Origin: Saccostrea cucullata
Lineage: Eukaryota
DNA: 64,000 nt
NCBI RefSeq assembly: GCF_032062105.1
Contig: NW_026928692.1
Coordinates: 248,001 to 312,000, forward strand
Reading direction: 5' to 3'
Shown here in pieces: positions 49,601 to 61,600 of the stretch. Each line of letters opens with the position of its first letter. The first letter of the stretch is position 1. Made by a program: the position numbers and the translations under genes. The notes under the pieces are model-generated. The model saw nothing but the letters and a program-made list of their open reading frames with translations, was not told the DNA's origin and searched no databases.

Positions 49601-52600
49601 GTTGAATATGGAATTTATTTCACAAGTGGGACAGGATTTTTTGATATTTTCACGAGTGCGAAGCACGAGTGAAAATATAAAAAAATTCTGTCTCACGAGT
49701 GAAATAAATTCCATATTCAACTACAAAACATTGAATTTTCTGTTTATTACATTTTTAAAAAATATTCTTTGATTTTTCCTTTGCCTCTGTCTTTTTGTAA
49801 TACAGTCATAGACTCGTGACGTCATAGTTGAGCGGTTGAGACGTCATATCTAAGTGAGGTAAAAACACTGTAAACATGGATTTAGCAACATATTTTTGGT
49901 AATTTTGACAGTTTTATTTGCTGTCAGAATGGTTTATTTATTTCCATCTATCTTATATTAGGTTAAGGAAGATTTTTTAAGAGCAATCTTCGTTATGGGA
50001 AGGGAAATCGAGAGTTTTCCCGCACTTCTGATATTCGTCACACTGTGACAGGATATCATTTTGATATCCTTTCACACTGTGACAGGATATCATTTTTATT
50101 CAATGAATAAATTACAGTATTTCACGGGTAAAAATGTAATAAATTGAAGTATATGACAAAATATGTACCGGGTATGTACTCTATCATATTCTTTTATACA
50201 ATTTTTCAAATGGTACTTACTGAATTTACTAGACATGCAATTACAAGTGAGCCCATTTTATATACATAATTCTATGGCGTCTATATTTGGACGTTTTTCC
50301 AAACGTTTTTTCTTACATAATATTTTGAATTTTCATTTCAAGATCAATACATTTATAACAGATAAACATAATGTAAAAACAAGTTTGGCGTTCTAGAAAG
50401 CCTGAAATGTCATCTCTTTGGTATCAATAATGTCAAAGAAAATAAAAGGGAAAGGGAAATATTTTAATGCAATGAATATATGGATTATTATACCTGAAGT
50501 TCCCAAATGACTTATTCAGCAAACAGAAAACTAAGCTGACAGGTATTTAAACATAAGCAAGAGCTGTCCAAAGATTATTTCTACCCACGTAGCTCCATAG
50601 GCACTTGGGATATGGACCCCCCCCTTTTTTTTCTTTTTAAATCTGGGTTCGAGACACCTTTTTCCTATTTTTTTAATTCTAATATGCACTATATGTTATC
50701 AAAAATGCAACTCTTTTGTCTCTACAAGCTGTTTTTAAAAATGCCGTTTTCCACTGATACATATATAGAGAGAAGGCTTGCAACTCTTTTTCTAGTCATC
50801 CGCCTCACCTCGCTTAAACTTCGCTCGATTAATTATCTAAATCACAATAAACATGGGATATGCATACATTAATAAATTTTTTATACATTCGTCTTCCTTT
50901 TCATATTTCCATTTAATTTTTATATTCCCCCGATTTGTGAATATTTCGATGAAATCACCCGTATCTAGGGTAAATTTTGTTGATGTGCACCAACCGGGAC
51001 GGAAGTGCCTATGCGTAGCTCAAGTATTTAAACCTTTCGAAAGAAGCCACCTTAGTTTACCTACGTTTTGTTCACTTACATTTTAGGAAAAATGAGGGGC
51101 AGGGTACCACGCAGTGATTTAACTATTGATACTACCTATATATTTATTAATGCCTATAAAAGTGATTTTTCCTTCTTATTGTACGTTAATCACAGACTGC
51201 TTTTGATTCATTTTACCGATATAAAAAACAATATTCAAGGATTTCTAAGAGAGGGATGAAGTGTCTGACAATAATAATCATTCATTTAAAAGCAGCTTAT
51301 CATTAAAGTTTGGCAGGAATTAATTTAATAAATTCAATTACAGACTAAAAAAATAACATAAAATTAGGCATAACGTTGACCACTCTTCATTCATTTTTTG
51401 CAGAATCTAATTATAATTTAATCTTTGAATGAAATACTTTGCATATTTATTTGTATTTATTTCGACTGTAAAGCACATGAAGTATGCGTATAAATTTAAG
51501 CATCGCACTCCCTGCTGTTAGGTTAATTTTACTTGGATTTGGTCTATAATGCACACCTGTAAGCTTGTTTTTTTTGTGCGAGAACCAGTTTTCCCTTCGC
51601 GTCAACAAATCTATATACATTGTATTCCCCATTTTCAAAAGTGAGTTATCTCCCCTCAAAATCGGAACTCTTCTACACTAGCCTAACTTCCGCGGACTAC
51701 GCAATACCATAATCTAACAAAATAGTGATAAACTTACGCGCTGTATTTAAAAATTTTAAAAGAAGGAAACGGTTTGTATTTTTTTTTAGATAATAAATTA
51801 TTTTATAAAGGGTCTGTTAGCCCCCCCCCCTTTCTAGAAAGCTATACGAATTAGCCAGGCACGTAGCATCGTCTTTAAAAAGGGGAGGGGGTAGGCAAAG
51901 AAACATTTTTTCTTACCTTGAAAAGTTGGCAAGCAAAGAAAAACCTTGCCCAAAGTTGAAAAAGCTACTTATTTCAGTACCAGTTCCTTGGCATACAATA
52001 CTACATTTGCCTTATATAACTTTACCGTAGTATTAACTATGTGTGTGTGTGTGTGGGGGGGGGGGGGGGTTGGCAACCTGTCTATCAATTAACATTTTCA
52101 AAAGAAAAAGTAAAATTGGGGAAAAAAAGTGGGGGTGGGGCTAAGCCCCTTAACCCCCCCCCCCCCCGTGCGTACAGGTACAGAGAACGAATAATTATGT
52201 AAATGGGTTGAACAGTTGAATATGAACCATACTTGTGAAAATTGAAAATTATTAGAATTATTAGTTGTGATTTCAATAAAATTACGGTACATATATTTTT
52301 TCACAGATGTACATGTATGTCAGTTACACGGGGTTACATGAGTCTCTCTCTCTCTCTCTCTTTCTCTTTCTCTCTGATATTGTTTTTTACACTCTTTGCA
52401 AAAAAGAATAACTTATAAAAATAAATACATGTACTTACACTGAAAGGATTTTAAAAAAATAAATAACACTTGAGAAAAGAATGTTTTCCGTTAATAAACG
52501 AGAAATACGCTAGGAAATTATTGTATCAATTTCGTGTTTCTGCTCTCAATTCTCTGATCTTAAACAAGATGTGTATTTTACTCGGAAATATACATGTACA

Positions 52601-55600
52601 TATGCGTAGATCCTACACTAAAACTTTGATTAACTGCAGCTCAGACTTTATACGACATATGTAACACGAATTCAGGTCGATGCTATTTTAATTAGTCTTT
52701 CTTCGTTACATGAGCACATGAGATTAAATTATTCATTTAGAATTCCATTCAAAGTTTTAATACTATATAGTGAATCTATTATTTTACAAATTAAAAATTC
52801 TAGAAACACTGTTAATTCAAATGAAATAGGCCTTTAATTGTCACCAAATGTGTTCTTGTAAGTAAAAGTTCTATGTTATGACATACAATCGAGCAAAAAC
52901 GCAGTTTCTTGGTATGGGTCGCGGAAAACGAACTACTGCTGTATATGCGGCAATTTCAGAGGTAAAACTGTAGATGGACATGTCATCAGTCTCCAAAAAA
53001 TTCCTAGAGATACAAAAAAAATAGGGCTGCAGCAGGCTAGATTATTTCGTAAAAACTTTCCATAACTAAAATTTGTTCCGCACATTTTGTTAATAATGAT
53101 GATCCGTCTGCAGAACATCCACTACCGAAAATTAGCTTATTAGCTTTTTTTAAATAGGCCTATTCGAATATGTGTCAGCATTTTATTAGTAATTTGTTTC
53201 GTTTTTTTTTTTGTAAGGGGGGGGGGGGGGTGGTCACACAGCACCTTATTATAGTACTACACAGATTAATACAAATCCAGAAAGAGACTATGAGTGGGCA
53301 ATTTAAAAAAAAATACGAATCAGTTAAGATTTCTTTTTATTCACAAACACAATAACATTTTTCCATATGACAGAGGCATTACACCATGAACATGTTTTCA
53401 TCCACTCTCTACCATCGGCTCATACATTCCCATTGCAGAGGTGTCTGAGAGAGAAACGAACGACAACTCTGCATGGGAGATTGGTTTTCATCAAGAACGT
53501 CCGCGGCACTCGGCACACCTCGGCCGATTCGTACCTCATCTTGTTTGATGTAGTTCACGGAATCAGCCGAGGTTTGCCGAATGCGTCCGCGGAAGTGACT
53601 TTATTTATAGCGCATGCGTATTAAACACAGTAAAAAGAGTTCCCTTCAGGGGAAATAACTCACCTTTTGAAAATGGGGAATAGAAATCACGTCATTGTCA
53701 ATTCTCCTTGTGTGGCTTACCAGTTTAATAAGGCATAGTATTGAGGATCAATATATATACGACACACCGAAATATAGGTATTTATAAGCATCGTACTTCT
53801 TTTCTAAATTATCCTTGCCTTTCAAATAGGCCTAAACCGAAAGTAGATCACACACTTCTAAGCTAGTTCTTCTAAAATAAAACAAGTTTAAAGGCTTCTT
53901 GGAACTCCTTGTGTAGATTCTCACTTGAGATATTGTAAAACATCGAGGATTCTCGAAAGGTTAATGGAGGCTTACACTAGGACTTCACTTCCGGCATACA
54001 ATCTTAATGTGTCATCTCCCGAGGGAGATGACAATAAAACAGGCTTTAGTTATTTTGGGTGGGGCAGGGATGAGAATTTAGTAATATTGATTTAATGTGA
54101 ACGAAGATGCTTTTGTGAATCAGTTCTACATTATTCAGCACAAATTTTTCAAATTATGCTACCATTGGTATATACTATTTAATATGTTTTACGGTGTGAC
54201 CGTTGGGGCGAGCGCAGTAATTTACACTTAAAAACCTATACACAGATTTTACTTGCACTGTCTATCCTCAGTTCATTAAAATAAGAGGAAAAAACAGAAT
54301 AATTAGAAAGAGAATTCACATCCCAGACATCGGGATCGAGATTCCGAAATTCTCGGAAGTTTCCGACAAAATCGGAAATACCCGAGCCGTGTAAGTGACG
54401 AAAGAATGACGTCAAATTAAAAGTTCTGTTGCGTTTGGACGCAAACGATTGTTTTTTTGGCATGGAGATTGCATTTAATCATTGTTTGTAATTTTTTCAA
54501 GTAAGTTGTTGCTATGTTTAAGCTACCATGTTGCTATGCACCGCAAAGGATTATTGGGAGTTTGGAATCTTTTCACGCGGTGAGATAAAAATTTCTTGGA
54601 ACAATGTGCAGATTTCAACCCGAATTTCCTCCGTTCGTACACGTTAGTCTATTGAGCTCGCTACGCGAGCGGCGCTTGGCGCCGCCTCGCTGCGCTCGCC
54701 TTTAATGATTTTCCATGAGATGGCAACTCAATAAATCTGTCTCTAAGGATGCTTTCACTAGATTTTATTATGTTTATGTAAAAAATTTCTGGAAAATGTA
54801 AAAAAAAGAAAAAATTGGCTGCATCAGAAGACAGATAAAAATAAGCCATATATGGAATGGAATAGCTAGGTTAGAAGAGCTAATGAGAGATGGTTATCTA
54901 TAACAACAATACCTGATATAAGAAGCATAACAAAGCTTAATTCTTAATTAAACAGCATTCAAACCGTTTCTCTAATCATACATACCACACTTTCTTCTAA
55001 GCCTTTTTATTCAAAGTGTTGAAAAGGAATAACTGAACCACAGGGGCATCTTATCCACTCTGTTCTCTACTTCACATATAAAAATACACAAGGGAAGAAT
55101 CGAAAGTAGCACACGATTTTTAAAAAAAGTCAAAAAACAACTTACTTGAGAAAAGTTACACAAATCCTGAAAGGAACTAGCGCAAATAATGTCCTAGTAC
55201 TTATCCAGGTTAAAATATTCCAGATATATCCATCGTAAATAGCTTTTATCCAACTAAAACCCCAGCTTTCTGCACAGTGTGAATCTCTACGCCCAAGAAA
55301 AGATAACTCACCCGGATGACAATAGGGTAGTGCCCGAAGTCTTCCAATGGCACTCGGAAGGCCTCAGGCACTATCCTATTGTCATCCGGGTGAGTTATCT
55401 TTTCTTGGGCGTAGAGATTCACACTGTGCAGAAAGCTGGGGTTTTAGTTGGATAAAAGCTATTTACGATGGATATATCTGGAATATTTTAACCTGGATAA
55501 GTACTAGGACATTATTTGCGCTAGTTCCTTTCAGGATTTGTGTAACTTTTCTCAAGTAAGTTGTTTTTTGACTTTTTTTAAAAATCGTATGCTACTTTCC

Positions 55601-58600
55601 TTCCCTTGTGTATTTTTATATGTGAAGTAGAGACAGATGGAGTGCCCCTGTGACTGAACGTACATGTATTGCATATGCATACTCATATGTATATAGGATC
55701 CAAATTAACCTGCAATTGTATTTATCACTTCTGTAATCCAGATTGAAACCCATGGACAAGAAATACTTTCTTTGACAAAGAAGAATACAAAGTAACCTAG
55801 TTAGAATAATCTAACTGTATCTCGGTAAGGCCCTCACCACAGTTAGAATACCACCCATATACTCGCAATGTTGCAAAAAATTGCAGAATCGCACCGAAAC
55901 GAAGAATTTAAAATGATTTGCACTGGGAATAACTACCAAAATAATCAAAACAAACCTTCTTGAGATTGCTTATGCCTTTTATCCCCCAAAATAATCCATT
56001 TAAATACGTAAATCCAATTAATTTTCTCAACGTTTTTCTCTCCATTCAAATGTTTACATTCGGAACTCTCTAGATTGTTCCTAGTAAATGTACTATCGCC
56101 CGTGCTACATTACGAATACAGGGAATGAATTCTATCGTTAAACCGGGTCCGTAGGACAATATCATTTTAACGATAGAACATTCTATCTAAAAGTAAGAGT
56201 CAAAAATGTTTTGTACTAACATTTTACTTTTTAGGTTATTTACTTTCATCACTTCTGAATTAAGAACTTTCCCATAGTATTTAATTTACAGCATCAACCA
56301 CACAATACTAGTGAACTTTTCAAGAGAATCTATAATGTTGTGCAATAGCAGATACACATTGTATTTTGTTGCTTGCAATGACTATTGTGAAACAGAACCT
56401 AGCTGGCTAACAAGTATCTCAACATCTTGACCATCCTACAACCTCAGAGTTATCTCCTTTTGATACAACATCAAGGGATATTTTATACTATACTCCAATT
56501 TTTATGACAACCAAGCAAATAAGAAAACGAGAAATCAAACAGTCATTTAATGCTTTATACATGTATCAATAATGCTGACCTTTGACCTTTACAACAGTAT
56601 CATATTTTGTACCATAAAAGGGTGTTTACATGAAAACAAAACATTTTGCCCTTGACCTTCCAATGAAAGGTCAATTTTTTTTCTAGTTATTGCATCACAG
56701 TGGCCATATCAATAATCTAAACCTCGATCTCCGAGTCCAATTAGATATCTTCCTCTTATGAATCTTTATGCATTATATACACTACAAATGAGATTTCAGC
56801 TTGATTTTTTAACAGGCTCCAGGGCTATAAAACTTAGATAAGCTCACTTTTGATCTCAGTCTCACTTTTATCAAAGGAATTAATAGTAGAAAAGTAAGCT
56901 CATCTCACTTTTATGGCCCTGAGGCCAGATCTACAAATTTAAATAACTTTAAATAACCTATAAGAAAGTTTTCTGAGCATTTTACATTTTTAAAACACAC
57001 TAATACCACCAGTCCTTCTGAATGATGATATCTTGCTGAGTATTAATCTTAACCATGCTGTAAATAGTCCACATACACAGAGCCTACACCACTATTAGTT
57101 TTATAATCACATACACATCTATTAGTATAGGGAGCTTAAGGAAACCAATGAGAGATTTTGTGCCACAGAGACAACAGGTTGATATACTGAAGTTTTTCCA
57201 GTGAAGCTACAGGAATTAACACAAACAGCCATCAAACTTACACATCCCTGGATTTCTAACTTTTTTCTGCTGGTTTGCTGAAATTTGGGGTGAAATGACT
57301 TCAAAAGATCATAACATGTATAAAGCACAAACAATAAAACAATAATAGCAAACATGCCTATCATAAATCAGGCTTACGACCTCCTAGCAAAGTGACTTTT
57401 ATTTCCTGTAGTGTGAAAAGAAAAAAAATCTTGAACATGGTTATGACATTTTGGCATTTCACTATAAGATTGTTTTACTGTAAATGGATAAAGGTCTGTA
57501 AATGCTTAAGAATGCTTGAAATAAAGATTACATTGACAAGAATATCAAACAATTGTACTAAATGTCAATAAGCAAACTCTTATACACTATGGCTACTTGA
57601 CTACATAAGATGTAAAAGGATAACACTTTAATATAACAAATGTAAATAACGCGTAAAATCTTGTCAGTTACATCATTCTGATTATTGATTTGTTGAATTC
57701 CTCACAATACTTTATCAGAAAAAAAAAACTAAGAAGTTGCATGGTCTGGTCAATAGAAAGCTTTTTATATAGTTAAATCATAAAACTTATGCAGCCATTT
57801 TATCCAATATATCAATGCAAAACATATTTTTACTATCATTTATAGAGAAGACAGAGAGAAGGAGGAAATTGAGATATCTGCCACAGACTCTGATGTATTC
57901 GCTTCTGGCTGGCAAATTGTTTTAGTGCAATGTCTTGATAATGCAGTTAATATCCAAGAACATGTGATTCAAAATGAGGTTATAGAGGGGAGGTAACTCA
58001 CCACACTTTGTTTTGTCTGGACAAACTCGGACTCCAGAAGCCAGTGGGAGGCGTTGTACACCTTAATCTTCCCGTCTCCCAGCCCCACCCATAAACGGGG
58101 AGAGATGGAGTGCTCAGGAACTGAAAGTAGATATAAATAATGTAAAATATCTACATCAAGCCCCACCCACAGATGGGGAGAGATGGAGTACTCCGGGACT
58201 GAAATAAGATATATCTAATGTAAAATATCTATATCAAGCCCCACCCACAAACGGGGAGAGATGGAGTGCTCAGGAACTGAAAGTGGATATAGCATACTTA
58301 AAATATCTAATATTGGAGCCACAATAATATAAGAATGAATGAATTCATGTAGTCATACATGCACTACTACATACAAGACTAGTATGCAAAAATAATTAAT
58401 CACTTGTAGTCTACCTATTTCATGCATTTTGTTCTGAAAATATCTTCAAGATTAAGCATTTTCAGGTGAGTTTATTGCTACATCCTACATGTAACAGTGT
58501 GTACTGTATCTTTCATTTTCTCACCTCCTGGGGTATACAGTAGAGCGTGTACTGTCTTCCTCTCTCGTTCCCCGTAGTTGGGGTCAATACGGTTCTGTAA

Positions 58601-61600
58601 CACCTCCTTGGTTTCCTGGGGGAAAATTTGACCCTCCTCCCTGTACTTTCTGTAGAAACACAGCTGTCTTGGCCTCCTCCCGGTTATTATGGTGAGCTGT
58701 CTCCTCATCAAGGCCACTGAGGGAGAATAAACACAAGTAAAACAATGGCTTTTCAATGTTAATAAGGGATTATGTGAACATGTAAAGCATTGGTTTATCA
58801 AAAAATTGAAATTATAATTCTTGTATGACATTGTGATATGTCAAAAGTCAAATTTTAACAATTTCATTTTTTTCGCTGATGATTAAAAAAAGAGAATTAT
58901 GATTATACTACACAAAGTGACATAATTTAAATGTATTGTTTTTATATGCATTGTCTTGTGTTATAACTTTCCTATAATATCTAAACCTTAGTGAACATGA
59001 CACATGATGATTATGACCTTTCATTACATTACCCCTACCTCTGCAGCAGTGTGTCCACCTTTCATTATTTTACCCATACCTCTGCAGCAGTGCATCCACC
59101 AGCAGCACGTTCTGGGCTGCCTTCTGTATGGCGTGGATGTCCTTCGTGGACTCACACACAATTTTACCCGCCCACATCTCCTCAATCAACAAACAAAAAT
59201 CATCCCTCTCTTCCTTCAACCAAGCTGTGAACCTACTCCCATCTATAACAAACAGCTCAATGAGCTCATATGTTTATATATAGCTTAACACTGAAAATCA
59301 ACAGCATAACAAAATGAAAAGTTCAAAGAATATGACAATCCCCCAATTTTTGTAAAGCTATACTACTTTTATGTACTTCAACTTGGCCTATATCAATTTC
59401 AGTTTGATAATTTTATACAAGAATCTATCACATATGTTTTCTTGTGTGAAATAATTCCATTTTACTCGTTTAATATTAAGGATTAAGATATATTTAGATA
59501 TTATCAATATAATTTTTTTGGTGGGGCTGGAGGGGGAGGGGGTGATTACACTCACCTTTGTTTTTGATCCTTAGGACCTTGACCTGCTTTAGGAATGAAA
59601 ACATAGACTTCTTCTCCAGTTCTTCTATCTTACTCAGTCGCATAATTTCCCTCATCTCAGTGGAAATGTCTTTCACAAAGCAAAGTCTGAAAAAACATTT
59701 TTTCTTTTTAAATGATTCAGAACAAGTATACATGTAAAATTGAAATGCATGTTTGACATATGTTGAAAATATGTTGCAATGTAACCTGTGTAGCCATGTG
59801 CTTTTATGTATTCTTTTGAAAAGCACAACCAAAAATGACACACTAACTTTTAAAACTAAACATCATCTCAAAGGTTTCAGCTTTTCCAACAGGATACAAG
59901 TATTATGAAATAAAGCTCTGGACTAAGATTTACCACAGAGAGGTTAATAAGCCTTGACCTTGATCTAAAAATATGGTTTTATTTCTTCATCTTCTATACA
60001 TGAGCAGTCTACAGGTGAAGTATGAGCCTGACTGGGCCAAGAGAAAAAGTTTACACAAAATGAAACAGTTTCAGAACAATTTACCTTCTGTCTTTTAGGA
60101 CCACTTTTCTACAAGTCTGTTAATGGGGATATTTTTTAGAGTTAATCTCCATGCGCCATTGTCTGTCTTACATAATGAGGACACTTTAAGGATGTTTTAC
60201 CTTTGTCTGTGAGGGCCACCCTCCCTGTACCGTAGTCTGTTTTACATAATGAGGACATTTTGAGGATGTTTTACCTTCTGTCTGTGAGGGCCACCCTCCC
60301 TGTACCATAGTCTGTCTTACATAATGAGAACACTTTAAGGATGTTTTACCTTCTGTCTGTGAGGGCCACCCTCCCTGTACCATAGTCTGTCTTACATAAT
60401 AAGGACACTTTGAGGATGTTTTACCTTCTGTCTGCGAGGGCCACCCTTCCTGTACCATAGTCTGTTTTACATAATAAGGACACTTTGAGGATGTTTTACC
60501 TTCTGTCTGCGAGGGCCACCCTTCCTGTACCATAGTCTGTTTTACATAATGAGGACACTTTGAGGATGTTTTACCTTCTGTCTGTGAGGGCCACCCTTCC
60601 TGTACCGTAGTCTGTTTTACATAATGAGGACATTTTGAGGATGTTTTTACCTTCTGTCTGTGAGGGCCACCCTCCCTGTACTGTAGTCTGTTTTACATAA
60701 TGAGGACATTTTGAGGATGTTTTACCTTCTGTCTGTGAGGGCCACCCTTCCTGTACCATAGTCTGTTTTACATAATGAGGACATTTTGAGGATGTTTTTA
60801 CCTTCTGTCTGTGAGGGCCACCCTTCCTGTACCGTAGTCTGTTTACATAATGAGAACATTTTGAGGATGTTTTACCTTCTGTCTGTGAGGGCCACCCTCC
60901 CTGTTCCATAGTCTGTCTTACATAATAAGGACACTTTGAGGATGTTTTACCTTCTGTCTGCGAGGGCCACCCTTCCTGTACCATAGTCTGTTTTACATAA
61001 TGAGGACATTTTGAGGACACACTCTGCCTCCAGGAGGTCATCTTCATTAATGGTCAGACTCAAGCACTGCTTGCTGTTTTCCTTCCAGCAGTGGGTAAAA
61101 GAGGCAAAGGTTTCCTGATCAATGACTGAAAACAACAAAGGTTTGACTTATCAATGACTGAAAAGGACAAAGAACAGTTGGACAGTGGGAGTGACCATTA
61201 AAAAGTCTTACCCACACATAATCATTTAAACATTGATTTTTTTGTCTAAGCATATTTTCTATATTTGATAGATTCTGATCACTGGCACTAAACATAATGA
61301 TCACTAATAGATAAAGTAAAACCTTTTACATTGAGAAATCTTACAGTTTTGGTGGATTTGTGATGGAGTGAGAGCACGGAATAATCGGCCTATAGTGTCT
61401 GTGTCACTGGTCATCTCCAACATAGAGACACATTCTACAAACTCATCATAATCTGTAGAGAAAAAATAAAAAATGTTGTTAACCACTGCATTCGTTGGTC
61501 ATCTCCAGCATACAGACACTCTTCACTAATTCATCATAGTCTGGCATGAATACATTCAAGTTATAATTTAACCCTGCATTACATTCTTAAAACAAAATAA

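Noticed and set aside
60161-61017. Regularly spaced repeats here and at 4952-5965 as a CRISPR-like array
   Set aside because: Contiguous tandem units with no unique spacers, eukaryotic context and no cas genes.
60186-61047. ORFs of 25-aa repeats ([25 protein letters not shown]) suggesting a repeat protein
   Set aside because: Alternative-frame translation of the 75-bp minisatellite; the only coding frame is the DENND3 exon.
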